Both the position numbers and the translations under genes were made by a program. From contig JACJYW010000004.1 in NCBI GenBank assembly GCA_020635955.1, forward strand, positions 402,702 to 466,701: DNA of 64,000 nt, written 5' to 3'. The notes under the pieces were generated by a model. That model worked only from the letters and a program-made list of their open reading frames with translations. It ran no database searches and was not told the origin of the DNA. Below, piece after piece: positions 30,146 to 41,221 of this stretch (positions are counted from its first letter, which is position 1; every line of letters starts with the position of its first letter). This stretch comes from Crocinitomicaceae bacterium. GTDB taxonomy: Bacteria > Bacteroidota > Bacteroidia > Flavobacteriales_D > Crocinitomicaceae.

Positions 30146-32263
30146 ATGAACATAATTGACCTACTATCCAGAGAGCTTAATATTGCTGATAAATCTGTAA
30201 AAAAATCATTGGAGTTGTTCGCAGAAGGAGCAACAGTTCCCTTTATCGCCAGATACCGAAAAGAAGCTACCGGAAATTTAGATGAAGTTCAATTAATTGC
30301 TATCAGAGACCGTCACGCTTATTGGACAGAATTTGAAAAAAGAAAAGAAACAGTTCTCAAAACTATCGAAGAGCAAGGTCAATTGACTGATCATCTGCGA
30401 AACCGAATTGAAAATTGTAAGGACCTCAACGAATTGGAAGATCTTTACTTACCCTACAAACCAAAAAAACAATCAAAAGGGCAAAAAGCGATCAAAGCCG
30501 GATTAAAACCACTCGCATTGCTCATTCAGCAAGAACCTTTTGATTTTAGAATAGAACAGGAATTACCCAGATTCATCAAAGGGGAGATCAAATCTGAAAA
30601 AGAAGCCATTGCTGGCGCATTGAGCATTTTAGCAGAATGGATCTCTGAAAATGATAAAGTAAGAGAACGTCTGCGTGAGCAGTTTAACCGATATGCAGTT
30701 TTCTCTGCGTCAGTGAAGAAAGGAAAAGATGAAGAAGGAGCCAATTATAAGGATTACTTCAATTATTCAGAACGATTTGAACGCGTAGCCGCTCATAGAG
30801 CCTTAGCTATTTTCAGAGCTGAGAAAGAAGGTATCTTATCTATTAGCATTGATGTAGAACAGGACAGGGCCATTGAGAACATAGAACGTTCTGTTGGTAG
30901 AAAATATGCAGAAAATTCTTACGCCCCTAAGGCGTTTGAAGAAGCCTACAAAAGAGTACTTCAACCTCAATTTGAATCTGAATTAAAGAAAGAACTGAAG
31001 GAAAAAGCAGATGAAGAATCCATTAAAGTTTTTGCTGAGAACCTACGTCAACTGCTCCTGCAATCTCCTTTAGGCGGTAAAAGAACATTGGCCATTGATC
31101 CGGGATACAGAACGGGATGCAAGGTGGTTGTGCTGAATGAGAATGGTGAATACAAAGAGAACCGCACCATCTATCCTCATCCTCCACAAAAACAGATGAA
31201 GGAGGCCGTAGGAATATTGAACACACTGATCAAAGCTCATAGAATTGAAGCCATTGCAGTAGGAAATGGAACGGCAGGTTTGGAAACCGAAAAGATGTGT
31301 AGAAGTAACTTTGGTACTACTGGTATCAAAATATTCTCTATCAATGAAGCAGGTGCAAGTATTTATTCTGCTTCCGAAATTGCCAGAGAGGAATTTCCTC
31401 AATTGGATGTAACTGTTCGTGGAGCAATTTCCATTGGCAGAAGATTAATGGATCCTTTAGCAGAAATGGTAAAGATCGATCCAAAATCCATTGGAGTTGG
31501 GCAATATCAACATGATGTCAACCAACCTTTACTCAAACAAAAATTGGATGAAGTGGTTGAATTATGTGTGAATCACGTGGGGGTTGAGTTGAATACGGCT
31601 TCTTATCCAATTCTTTCACATGTATCAGGATTAGGACCAGCTTTGGCTAAGAACATTATTGATTATCGTGAAGAAATTGGTGGATTCAAAGAGCGTAAGC
31701 AATTGCTAAAAGTGCCTAAAATGGGTAAGAAAACCTATGAACAGGCTGCAGGGTTCTTGAGAATTGAAAACGGAAGCAATGCACTGGATAATACTATTAT
31801 ACACCCAGAATCCTATGATCTTGTTAAAGAAATTGCTTTGTTGCATGGCACTTCTGTTGATGCCATTTTAAATAAGGAAGTGGTTCTGGATGAATCTAAA
31901 TTGAATGGATTGGATCAAAGTTATGATGCCTATACTCTGGAATATGTTGCCAATGAATTGCAAAAACCAACACGTGATCCACGGGAACCTTTGAAGGAGG
32001 CTCGATATAATGACATTGCTTCCATTGATGATCTAATACCGGGAATGGAATTAAATGGTACAGTGAACAACATTACCAACTTTGGCGCTTTCGTAGATAT
32101 AGGTTTAAAGGAATCCGGTCTGGTTCACATCTCTGAATTAGCAGATGAATTTGTATCAGACGTTCAGGCTTTTGTGAGTTTAAATCAGCAAGTGAAAGTG
32201 AAGGTTAAATCAGTGGATCTTGAAAGAAAAAGGATTGCTTTGAGCATGAAAGGGTTGAATTGA
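30146..32263 (+). CDS. tex: Tex family RNA-binding transcription accessory protein
   Basis: ATVPFIARYRKE, DPGYRTGCK, GASIYSAS, IGVGQYQHD, C-terminal S1 domain. Confidence 0.95.
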   Translation: MNIIDLLSRELNIADKSVKKSLELFAEGATVPFIARYRKEATGNLDEVQLIAIRDRHAYWTEFEKRKETVLKTIEEQGQLTDHLRNRIENCKDLNELEDLYLPYKPKKQSKGQKAIKAGLKPLALLIQQEPFDFRIEQELPRFIKGEIKSEKEAIAGALSILAEWISENDKVRERLREQFNRYAVFSASVKKGKDEEGANYKDYFNYSERFERVAAHRALAIFRAEKEGILSISIDVEQDRAIENIERSVGRKYAENSYAPKAFEEAYKRVLQPQFESELKKELKEKADEESIKVFAENLRQLLLQSPLGGKRTLAIDPGYRTGCKVVVLNENGEYKENRTIYPHPPQKQMKEAVGILNTLIKAHRIEAIAVGNGTAGLETEKMCRSNFGTTGIKIFSINEAGASIYSASEIAREEFPQLDVTVRGAISIGRRLMDPLAEMVKIDPKSIGVGQYQHDVNQPLLKQKLDEVVELCVNHVGVELNTASYPILSHVSGLGPALAKNIIDYREEIGGFKERKQLLKVPKMGKKTYEQAAGFLRIENGSNALDNTIIHPESYDLVKEIALLHGTSVDAILNKEVVLDESKLNGLDQSYDAYTLEYVANELQKPTRDPREPLKEARYNDIASIDDLIPGMELNGTVNNITNFGAFVDIGLKESGLVHISELADEFVSDVQAFVSLNQQVKVKVKSVDLERKRIALSMKGLN

Positions 32264-32277
32264 TCATTTACTTTTTT

Positions 32278-32370
32278 GCCCCCTTCGTCCACCTCAAACG
32301 GTGGCCTATCCTGCTATCCGCTATAGTCACTTCGCTAATCGCTACGTGAGCTGTCGCTTCTATCAGGGGT
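32278..32370. repeat. Structured palindromic element, possibly Flavo-1-like
   Basis: CCTGCTATCCGCTATAGTCAC...GTGAGCTGTCGCTTCTATCAGGGG nested stems; the Flavo-1 resemblance is from memory and not tested. Confidence 0.45.
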
Positions 32371-32492
32371 GGATATCCCGGATTGCTTTATATCCTCATC
32401 CCTCATCTTTGATCTTCCTTCTTATTGTTAACAATCCTTAAAAGAGTTGACTGAAGTTCCATTGGAAAGTATCTTCACTCAAAACACTTTTC

Positions 32493-33092
32493 ATGAAAGT
32501 ACTTCAGACTATTGTCTTTCTCCTAGCTGTTTCGATAATAGGATCAGCATTCATTAACCGTATTGAGGATTTAAGTCAGAAAGTTGAGAAAGAAGAACCT
32601 TTGAAAGATATCGATCTGTCAAAAATGACAAAGGTTAATGATGAACCTGTGGCCATGCTGCCTATGATCGCACTTTTGTGTAAAATGCCTTCTGAAGAAG
32701 AGATCAAAAGCTGGGAAGATACTCATCCTCACGACAGTCATTATATCAATGTTTATGTCAATGATAAAGGCAAAGTACAAATGACTGAAAAATTGAATCC
32801 CGTTTTTCCTGAAGGAACCGTAATTGTTAAAGAGAAGTTTCCGTTAGATCTCATGAAGGCTGATTCATTACAGGATAAGAAAGTAGACTTATATACCGTC
32901 ATGATCAAACGTCATAAAGGATACAATCCAATTTGCGGCGACTGGGAATTTGCTGCGGTAAGTGGAGACCTTCAAAAAGTGGAAAAAGGCAAGTTGGCCA
33001 ATTGCATGAATTGTCATGTCAACTATACTGAAACTGATTATGTTTTCAGAAAGAACTATTTGTCTAAAGAGGTGTTGGATAGAATGAAGTAA
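32493..33092 (+). CDS. Cytochrome P460 family protein
   Basis: VYVN..FPEGTVIVKE, VMIK, GDWEF, C-terminal CMNCH and DYVF. Confidence 0.8.
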   Translation: MKVLQTIVFLLAVSIIGSAFINRIEDLSQKVEKEEPLKDIDLSKMTKVNDEPVAMLPMIALLCKMPSEEEIKSWEDTHPHDSHYINVYVNDKGKVQMTEKLNPVFPEGTVIVKEKFPLDLMKADSLQDKKVDLYTVMIKRHKGYNPICGDWEFAAVSGDLQKVEKGKLANCMNCHVNYTETDYVFRKNYLSKEVLDRMK

Positions 33093-33159
33093 ATGAAATA
33101 TAATCATTGATTTATTTCCAATAGTCTTTATATTCGTCCCGAACCAAAATTTATAAATA

Positions 33160-34152
33160 ATGAAAAAGTTACTTCTACTTAGTGGACTTTGTCTACTATC
33201 ATCCCTGTCATTTGCTCAAAAATCAGATAAAACTGATTGTGGATTTATCCAGTTCATTCAACCGCCCATGGATTACACATTAGCGAGTAATAAAACCTAT
33301 TATCGATTGGTAACAGTGCCCTCTAATGAAATGAAAATTCAATCGGCGTTAGAAGGAGAGATCTCATTAGACGGATTCGAAAAGATTAGTGTCAGAGATC
33401 AGGCTGATTTTACTGTTATGGTAACAGTTAATCAACTCATTTATGAATCACCTGTTGTTAAAACGGTGCCGAAAGAAAAAGAGGAAAATGGAGTTAAGAC
33501 AAACTACAACATGTATAAAGCAACCGCTCCCTACAAGATGACTGTTTCAACTTCAATTGTTTTAAAAGACGGATCTGTTGTTCATGAAGATGTAGTGAAT
33601 GAAAATGGAACGCTCGAAACTGCAGAGCAGAAATCAGTAGAAATGGCAAAGCAGTTTTTTCAAAGCGATATGGATTCACACAAAAGAAAAATTACGACTA
33701 ACGCCGTGAAGCTCATGAACACAACAATTTTGAATAAATTTTGTCATTTGACCGTGAAAAAATCATTCGAATTGGTGAAAGTGAAACCTAAAAAATTCGA
33801 TTACGATAATTTCAACAAAGGGGTTGATGTTTGTGCTAAAGCAGTTCCACTATATACTGCCGGTTTCCAAACCACTGATGAGATCAAATCAATCTGTATT
33901 GAAGCCATAGATCTTTGGAAAAAAGAATTGGCAGAATCTAATCTTGAAGATAATAAGGCTAGGATCAACAAAAATTTGACTGCGGCTTTGTATTTCAATA
34001 TTGGAATGGCTTATTTCTTAATGGAAGAATATGACCTTGCTGTTACAAATTTGGAAAAAGGGCATGAGGTTGATGGATACTCAATTGCCTTGCACAGTTA
34101 TTGGATCGAACAGGCAAAATCAATTTCAATTCGAAAAGCGAACAAAGGATAG
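33160..34152 (+). CDS. Hypothetical exported protein with C-terminal TPR-like helices
   Basis: Signal peptide; ALYFNIGMAYFLMEEYDLA. Confidence 0.7.
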   Translation: MKKLLLLSGLCLLSSLSFAQKSDKTDCGFIQFIQPPMDYTLASNKTYYRLVTVPSNEMKIQSALEGEISLDGFEKISVRDQADFTVMVTVNQLIYESPVVKTVPKEKEENGVKTNYNMYKATAPYKMTVSTSIVLKDGSVVHEDVVNENGTLETAEQKSVEMAKQFFQSDMDSHKRKITTNAVKLMNTTILNKFCHLTVKKSFELVKVKPKKFDYDNFNKGVDVCAKAVPLYTAGFQTTDEIKSICIEAIDLWKKELAESNLEDNKARINKNLTAALYFNIGMAYFLMEEYDLAVTNLEKGHEVDGYSIALHSYWIEQAKSISIRKANKG

Positions 34153-34169
34153 GATTACAATTAATATTG

Positions 34170-34197
34170 AAGAAGGGGGCTCTGCTCCCTTTTTTTT
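34170..34197 (+). terminator. Intrinsic terminator
   Basis: AAGAAGGGGGC-TCT-GCTCCCTTTTTTTT. Confidence 0.7.
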
Positions 34198-34208
34198 ATG
34201 AGCAGTTA

Positions 34209-35150
34209 CTAAAAAGGCAACTTCTCCAGATCTACATTCCCACCGGAAATGATGATACCCACTTTCTTACCTTTGAAAACCTCCTTATTTCTCAATACGG
34301 CAGCAAATGCAACGGCAGAACTAGGTTCACAGACGATCTTTAATCTTGTCCAGATCAATTTCATGGCTTCAAGGATCTCTTGTTCTGACACCAGAAATAT
34401 GTCGGTAACATAAGATTGTATAAGCGGAAAATTGTATTCACCTAGCATGGTCTTCAGCCCATCTGCGATAGTATTTGCCGATTCATTTGATTCGATCACT
34501 CCACTATTCAGAGATCTTTTAGCATCATCACATGCCTCTGGTTCTCCGGCATAAACTTCTACATTATTCCCAAATAAGTGAGCAGCCAGAGCGGTACCTC
34601 CTAATAATCCACCACCTCCAACAGGCGTTACAACAGCCTGTATATCCGGATATTCTTCCAGTAATTCAATGGTCGCCGTTCCTTGTCCATGGATCACATC
34701 CAGATCGTCTGAGGGATGAATGAAAGTTGCCCCTTTTTCAGCAACAATTCTATTTGCCGATTCCTCTCTGTCTTTCAAGGTTGATGGACACATGATCACT
34801 TCTCCTCCATATCCCTTAACCGCATCAATTTTAACTTGCGGTGCTGAATCTGGCATCACGATATAGGCCTTAACTCCTAATCCTCTTGAAGCCAAAGAAA
34901 GTGCCTGAGCAAAATTTCCGGACGAATGGGTAACAACACCTTTCATTCGTTGGTCATCTGATAAATTCAAAATAGCATTGGTTGCCCCTCTCATTTTGAA
35001 TGCCCCCATTTTCTGGAAATTCTCACATTTAAAGAATAACTCACATCCGGCAATTTCATTTAACAAATGAGAGGTCATTACCGGCGTATGATGGATATAA
35101 GGTTTGATCTTTTCGTGAATCCCTTTGTACTCTGATCTGGTCATAATCAT
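34209..35150 (-). CDS. PLP-dependent serine/threonine dehydratase / serine racemase family
   Basis: FKCENFQKMGAFKMRGA, SSGNF, PVGGGGL, EPSSA, ISGGN. Confidence 0.9.
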   Translation of the reverse strand: MIMTRSEYKGIHEKIKPYIHHTPVMTSHLLNEIAGCELFFKCENFQKMGAFKMRGATNAILNLSDDQRMKGVVTHSSGNFAQALSLASRGLGVKAYIVMPDSAPQVKIDAVKGYGGEVIMCPSTLKDREESANRIVAEKGATFIHPSDDLDVIHGQGTATIELLEEYPDIQAVVTPVGGGGLLGGTALAAHLFGNNVEVYAGEPEACDDAKRSLNSGVIESNESANTIADGLKTMLGEYNFPLIQSYVTDIFLVSEQEILEAMKLIWTRLKIVCEPSSAVAFAAVLRNKEVFKGKKVGIIISGGNVDLEKLPF

Positions 35151-35252
35151 ATTAAACGGCTGATGTTCCAAATATACAACCCTTTGTTTGTTAATTTAAT
35201 GCAACAACAACTATCTTCACAGTCAATTAAACTTACTCAACCCCATTCGTAA

Positions 35253-38213
35253 ATGAGCAAACATTTCATCTTTTTCATCTATTTACTCTTTTTGAATTCA
35301 AGCTTTGGACAATTGACTCATCAGGACACCCTGAAAATAGATTCTCTTCAATTGGTCATTAAAAATGCTCAGCACGATTCAACTATTATTAAGGCATGGA
35401 GAACATGGGATTCAATGATTGATAGGTATGATCAAGAATTGGATATACAACTTATTTCAAAAATGGATAGCCTTACTGACCTTAACCTATCCAAAGATCT
35501 CAATAAATCAGAGAAATTGTTTTTTCAAACCACGAAAGGCAATTTGAATTACGACTTCGGTGTAATGTATAACAAACAAAGGAATATGGATTCTGCTCTG
35601 TTCTATTTCAATAGTGCCTTAGCTTTACTTGAATTTACTGAAAATTATAAAAAGCAATCTGATGCCTTGGAATATATAGCAGATATCTACGATTATTTGG
35701 GTAAATATGATACAGCCATAGTAATTTACAACCGAAGCCTGGATATCAATAAAAGCATAAACGATTCGTCTGGAATCGCTTATGATCTGGTGGGAATTGG
35801 ACTTTTATACCAACGATTCTCTGATTATGATCGGGCAATGCAGTATTATCAGGAAGGTTTAAAAATAAGACTGGCATTAGGTGATCCAAGTTGGATTGCA
35901 GGTGCATATAACAACATTGGTGTTCTCTACTATTATCTGGGGGAATACGGAAAATCCGCGGATTATTTCATTCAGGCTCTGGAAATTAGAATAAAAAAGG
36001 GTGATGATCCTAGAGGTTTGAGTAATGTTTATGGGAACATTGGTGCAGTTCTTCTGCAACAAGGAGATAATGAAAATGCGATCATTTATATGACCAAAAG
36101 TCTTGAAATTGAAAAGGAACGAGATGACAAAAGAGGCTTAGCTTATATATATTCTTCATTAGGTATGGCAAAATTTCAAATGAATGAGTATGAAACATCC
36201 GAAAAATTTCTTCAACGTAGTATTGAATTGTACACTGAAATAGAAGATATAAAAGGACTTAAAGATGTCTATAACAACTTAGCAACATATTATCGGCGAA
36301 CGAAGCTATACGATAAGGCAAGTGAGTCAGTATCAAAGGCTTTAAAACTCTCTGAAGAAATAGGTTCAAAAAGTGGAGCAATTAACGCCCGTAGGACGAT
36401 CGGTTTAATGGAAATGGATAAAAACAATTTCACTAAGGCTGTTGAAGAATTTAATATCGCACTGCAACAAAGTAGATCTATAAATTTTGCAAGTGCAATC
36501 ACATCAATATTATCTCATTTGAGTATCTGTATGTTAGCTACGGATTCTACTGATCAAGCTAGAAAATATGCATTAGAGTTGATCGAGCTGCGAAACAAAG
36601 ATATTGCGACCAATTTTCCAGTTCTATCAGAATTTCAGAAAGAGAAATACTTCAATACGCTAAGAAGTGATTATGACCTTTTTTATGATTATGCCTTAAT
36701 TCAAGGGAACAATGACCCCATACTTTACGACATTGCCTATAACAATACTTTAATGTTAAAAGGATTACTACTCAAGTCTTCTACCGCAATGAAAAGGAGT
36801 ATTCTTAATTCCAACAACAAAGAACTAATTGATCAATATTATGACTGGATCAGCTTAAAAAGAAGGATCGCAAAAGCATATTCTACAGGTAAAGATGTTT
36901 CTGAAATGGAAAAAGAGGCCGAAGAACTAGAAAAAAATTTGGTCAAAGGGTCAAATGCTTTTAGCGACATAAAAGCTGTACAAAACCTTTCATGGAAAGA
37001 CGTTCAGGCAAATTTAAAAAAAGGTGAAGCGGCTATTGAATTTGTAAAGTTCAGCCATATCATGAACTACAAAAAACAAGATGAAAAAAGTAATGTATAT
37101 GCTGCTTTAATAATAGATAAAGAGTGCGAACATCCTACTATGCTCAAATTATTTGAGGAACAGGAGCTCGAAGAGATTATTGGAACCTTTCCCGGAAACA
37201 ACTACTCCTATATCAACGGAATCTATGGATCGAAAAAACAAAACAGAATTAAATTATATGAATTAATATGGAAACCAATGGAACACAGGCTGAAGGATAT
37301 TACGAATGTATATATTTCAGCTGATGGTCTCCTTCATAAAATAGCATTTGCTGCCTTAGCAAAAGAACAAGATGTCTACTTGTGTGATCTATATAATATC
37401 GAAACGAAATCATCCACAGGAAAACTGGCTTCTATTTCAAATAATGAGGCTTCAGCTTCAATTACTAACGTCTCATTATTTGGCGGTATCAATTATAATA
37501 CTGATTCCTCTCAAACCAGGATCTGGAGTTACCTGGAAGGTTCTTTAAATGAAACAGAAAAAATTGAAAAGATCCTTAAAAAGAATAGATCCACCTATAA
37601 CTATTATACTTCATCTGAAGCCACTGAAGATCAATTCAAAAGAATAGCCCCTGAGTCAAATATCTTACACATTGCTACACATGGTTATTTCTATGCAGAT
37701 CCGGATGAAATAGAAAAAGAGTTGACTGTGGAAGAAGAAACTGAAGAAGAACTGGTTTTTAGAGGAAACACTAAAAGTCTTGGAGTATCTGCTTTTGTAA
37801 ACTCAAAAAATCCTCTTATGAGATCAGGTTTGGCCTTTGCAAATGCAAATGATGTATGGAATAAAACCAATTTTGATGGAGAAGATGGCGTCCTGACTGC
37901 AGCTGAAGTTTCTACTTTAGACTTGAGAGGAACAGAATTAGTGGTATTATCTGCCTGCGAAACAGGACTTGGTGATATTAAAGGCTCTGAAGGTGTATAT
38001 GGTTTGCAACGCTCATTCAAAATGGCAGGAGTGAATTATATCATTATGAGTTTATGGCAGGTACCTGATAAGGAAACTGCTGAATTCATGAGTGAATTTT
38101 ATACGAATCTCACAAAACTCAAAGACGTTTCAAAGGCATTTATTACAACCCAGAAGAAAATGAGAACTAAGTATGATCCTTACTTTTGGGCTGCATTTAT
38201 ACTTATTCAATAA
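35253..38213 (+). CDS. TPR-repeat protein with C-terminal CHAT (caspase-like) domain
   Basis: TPR array; LHIATHG, VVLSACETGLG, MSLWQV, PYFWAAF. Confidence 0.92.
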   Translation: MSKHFIFFIYLLFLNSSFGQLTHQDTLKIDSLQLVIKNAQHDSTIIKAWRTWDSMIDRYDQELDIQLISKMDSLTDLNLSKDLNKSEKLFFQTTKGNLNYDFGVMYNKQRNMDSALFYFNSALALLEFTENYKKQSDALEYIADIYDYLGKYDTAIVIYNRSLDINKSINDSSGIAYDLVGIGLLYQRFSDYDRAMQYYQEGLKIRLALGDPSWIAGAYNNIGVLYYYLGEYGKSADYFIQALEIRIKKGDDPRGLSNVYGNIGAVLLQQGDNENAIIYMTKSLEIEKERDDKRGLAYIYSSLGMAKFQMNEYETSEKFLQRSIELYTEIEDIKGLKDVYNNLATYYRRTKLYDKASESVSKALKLSEEIGSKSGAINARRTIGLMEMDKNNFTKAVEEFNIALQQSRSINFASAITSILSHLSICMLATDSTDQARKYALELIELRNKDIATNFPVLSEFQKEKYFNTLRSDYDLFYDYALIQGNNDPILYDIAYNNTLMLKGLLLKSSTAMKRSILNSNNKELIDQYYDWISLKRRIAKAYSTGKDVSEMEKEAEELEKNLVKGSNAFSDIKAVQNLSWKDVQANLKKGEAAIEFVKFSHIMNYKKQDEKSNVYAALIIDKECEHPTMLKLFEEQELEEIIGTFPGNNYSYINGIYGSKKQNRIKLYELIWKPMEHRLKDITNVYISADGLLHKIAFAALAKEQDVYLCDLYNIETKSSTGKLASISNNEASASITNVSLFGGINYNTDSSQTRIWSYLEGSLNETEKIEKILKKNRSTYNYYTSSEATEDQFKRIAPESNILHIATHGYFYADPDEIEKELTVEEETEEELVFRGNTKSLGVSAFVNSKNPLMRSGLAFANANDVWNKTNFDGEDGVLTAAEVSTLDLRGTELVVLSACETGLGDIKGSEGVYGLQRSFKMAGVNYIIMSLWQVPDKETAEFMSEFYTNLTKLKDVSKAFITTQKKMRTKYDPYFWAAFILIQ

Positions 38214-38286
38214 TGGTGAACTTAAAACCGGAGTTCTATGAATGAACGGTTTTATTCTTTCATACAGTTTTATGTACTCTCTTCTG

Positions 38287-40257
38287 TCAAATTTTCACAC
38301 CTATCACGCAAACGTCATCTAATTGTTCCAACTCTCCTTTCCAAATCTCAAACGCATTATTGATCTCAATTTTTTGTTCGTCCATTGATAAATGAGCAAT
38401 GGACAAAAGCATTTTTTTGAAATTAGCTGCTTTTAATTTTTTGCCCTTCTCACCTCCAAACTGATCTGAATAACCATCTGAAAAAATGTAGATCTGATCA
38501 TTCTTTTTTAATTCAACAGTATGTGAGGTAAAAGGAAACTCCTTTTCAAATCGGCCAATAGGTTGTTTGTCTGCCTTGATCTCCTCTATTTCACTTGATC
38601 CTTGTCGTATTATCCATAGTGGATTGTGAGCACCTGCATATTTGAGTGAGGTCCCTGAGGCACTCGAAGGGCTGAGCGAAACGAGAGCTATATCCATTCC
38701 ATCCTTCAACTGCTCTTCTGCTTTATTGAACTCCTCTACTACCAATTCACGCGTTTTATTCAGAATATCAGCCGGATCAACACATCCATGTTGCCGAACA
38801 GATCGATTTAGTCCATTATTACACACCACTGAAACCATTGCTCCCGGAACACCATGACCGGTGCAATCTGCCGCAGCAAAAAGAATGCTATCTGAAGTTT
38901 GTTCAAGCCAATAAAAATCTCCCGCAACCACGTCCTTCGGTTTATAGAAAATAAAAGAATCAGGTAATAGTTTTTTGAATTGGCTGTCTCTGGGTAGAAT
39001 CGCGGATTGAATGCGTTTGGCATAGACAATAGAATCCATGATCTCCTGACTTCGAACTTCTATCTGTTCTTTCTGTAGGGCGATCAATTCCTTGTCCTTT
39101 TGCTGATCTTTATATCGTTTATAAAAATACAGGGCATTAAAAATGAGAAGAATACCAATGACTATAAAAACGATCATTCTGGTTCTTGAAGCTTTTTGGA
39201 TCAGCTCACTTTCCTTTTGTGCAAATTCCTTTTCCTCTTTTTCCTTTTGAAGTAAGATCTCCTTTTTTTCGGTTTCATACTTGGTCGCAATATCCTTAGC
39301 TGCAGTGGTTTTTTCTAGATTATATACGGAATCTTTCATGACAATGTAATTTGACATGGCATCCATTGCCTTCATTGGCATATTTGCCCCCTTATAGGCT
39401 CTTGAGAGTAATTCATATCCTCTGGTAAGATCTTTCCACGATTGTTCTGATTCCCAAAAATCAACGGCTTCTTCCATTAAAGGTACTGCTTGAACATACC
39501 GTTTCTCTTTTAGGTACATTTCACCCTTAATGAATTTAGCATAATACACTCCCCAATCCTCATTAAAGGAATCAGCAATGGCAATAGATCGATCGACCAT
39601 AGCATATGCCTTTTCATGTTCTCCCAACTCATAATAGAGTTCTGCACTGTTATTCAATGAAATGGGTAAACTTTGGATTGACCCAACATCTTCTTTAATT
39701 TTTATTGCCTTCAAATGATATTGAAGTGCTTCATTTAATTTTCCCGGCAAATTTTGCAATACAACACCAACTGCCATTAGATTATTTGCTTTACCTAATG
39801 GATCGGCCGTAGAAGGATAGTAATCCGCAGAGCTACGCATATAGGTTTCTGCTTGTTCAAATTCTGTTTTATAGAAAAAATGAACCCCTAAAGCATAATT
39901 AATATGACTCATTGACATGGAATCACCTTCAGCTTCAACCTGCTTCAACTCATCCATCATGATCTGCATACCTTTTGCGTCATCTTGCTGATCAAAATAC
40001 CGCCTGCCTTCCATTACTTTGAGACGGGTACGTGCGAAGGATTTATCCAGTTTTTTGGCTAAAAGCAGGGATTGCTTTTGATAACTATAGAATTCCTCTA
40101 ATGTCGGAGAACTCTCCGTAACTATCATCAGATTTCTCAAACGATCTTCATCAGAAAGATCTGTGGTGAGTGTTGTCTTTATCGAATCTCTGTAAGCATT
40201 TTGACCCCAGCCATTTGACCAGATGATCAGAAACATAATAACAGACAACATTTTCAT
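38287..40257 (-). CDS. TPR + TM + SpoIIE/PP2C phosphatase
   Basis: VAGDFYW, ADCTGHGVPGA, DGMDI, FSDGYSDQFGG, QLDDVCVIG. Confidence 0.92.
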   Translation of the reverse strand: MKMLSVIMFLIIWSNGWGQNAYRDSIKTTLTTDLSDEDRLRNLMIVTESSPTLEEFYSYQKQSLLLAKKLDKSFARTRLKVMEGRRYFDQQDDAKGMQIMMDELKQVEAEGDSMSMSHINYALGVHFFYKTEFEQAETYMRSSADYYPSTADPLGKANNLMAVGVVLQNLPGKLNEALQYHLKAIKIKEDVGSIQSLPISLNNSAELYYELGEHEKAYAMVDRSIAIADSFNEDWGVYYAKFIKGEMYLKEKRYVQAVPLMEEAVDFWESEQSWKDLTRGYELLSRAYKGANMPMKAMDAMSNYIVMKDSVYNLEKTTAAKDIATKYETEKKEILLQKEKEEKEFAQKESELIQKASRTRMIVFIVIGILLIFNALYFYKRYKDQQKDKELIALQKEQIEVRSQEIMDSIVYAKRIQSAILPRDSQFKKLLPDSFIFYKPKDVVAGDFYWLEQTSDSILFAAADCTGHGVPGAMVSVVCNNGLNRSVRQHGCVDPADILNKTRELVVEEFNKAEEQLKDGMDIALVSLSPSSASGTSLKYAGAHNPLWIIRQGSSEIEEIKADKQPIGRFEKEFPFTSHTVELKKNDQIYIFSDGYSDQFGGEKGKKLKAANFKKMLLSIAHLSMDEQKIEINNAFEIWKGELEQLDDVCVIGVKI

Positions 40258-40294
40258 CTGCTAAAGATAGCAAAGTTGGTTGCTGTAAAATGAT

Positions 40295-41221
40295 CTAATT
40301 CTTAAATCTACCCTTGAAAGGTAAAAATCTACCAACCTGTTTTTGATACTCTTTGTATTTAGGATATTTTTCAACAGTAATGGATTCTGAAAAATCTGAA
40401 CTCCCTTTGAAAAGTAGAACGATCAATAAACAACCTGCAATGGACCAATTTATAATATGTCCTGTTGCAATGATCGAAAAAAGGTAAAATACGATCCATA
40501 CAGCTTGCTCGGCCATATAATTAGGATGCCTCATGTATGCCCATAATCCGGTATGAGTGAACCCCACAGCAAACTTGCCTTCCAATACCTCACCTTTTCT
40601 TTTCCTTTCCCATTTAGCTTCTTGATAATCATATTGTTGCTGATCAGCAATGAACTCTATCACCACGAATGAAATAAATACGAATGCTATTAAATAGTCT
40701 AACCAACCTAATGGCTCGGAACTCCCCATAGCTTTTATGGCAGGCAAGGTCATCAGTAAGATCAATCCCATTTGATATGCCGATATAAAAAAGAAATTGA
40801 ATAAGATCCATTTCCATTCTTGTTCAAAGCCGGGTTTTGCCTTTAAAATGGCCCAACGATAATCCTCTTCTCCTGTCCAGAACTTCCATGAATATCCTCC
40901 TCTTCGAGCAAAGTTGAACGTCAATCTGGCTCCCCAGATGGTTACTAAAACTGCCATCAAAACAATTCTATCTTCATAACCGGCATAATGTGCCATAACC
41001 CAGACGTATGCTATTGGAATAGTGCTCCATAATTTATCAACCTGGCTGTAGTTCTTTGTAATGGTACTTATGAGAAAAGCTAGAAAAGCTGTGCTGCCAT
41101 AAATGACAAAAAGTACTTTTAACGTCTTCCATTGCAGCTCATTTAAAGGTTCATCATATTGAAATGTTATAACAGGAACCGCAATAAGCGTAAAGATCAG
41201 AAATAAGGCTATTCTCCACAT
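40295..41221 (-). CDS. DUF1295 family membrane protein (steroid 5-alpha-reductase-like)
   Basis: NYSQVDKLWS, EDYRW, ADQQQ, GLWAYMRHPNY. Confidence 0.88.
   Translation of the reverse strand: MWRIALFLIFTLIAVPVITFQYDEPLNELQWKTLKVLFVIYGSTAFLAFLISTITKNYSQVDKLWSTIPIAYVWVMAHYAGYEDRIVLMAVLVTIWGARLTFNFARRGGYSWKFWTGEEDYRWAILKAKPGFEQEWKWILFNFFFISAYQMGLILLMTLPAIKAMGSSEPLGWLDYLIAFVFISFVVIEFIADQQQYDYQEAKWERKRKGEVLEGKFAVGFTHTGLWAYMRHPNYMAEQAVWIVFYLFSIIATGHIINWSIAGCLLIVLLFKGSSDFSESITVEKYPKYKEYQKQVGRFLPFKGRFKN

Noticed and set aside
35253..40257. CHAT-TPR plus PP2C-TPR as a joint defence or signalling system
   Set aside because: The genes are convergent, both are common multi-copy families in Bacteroidota, and nothing links them
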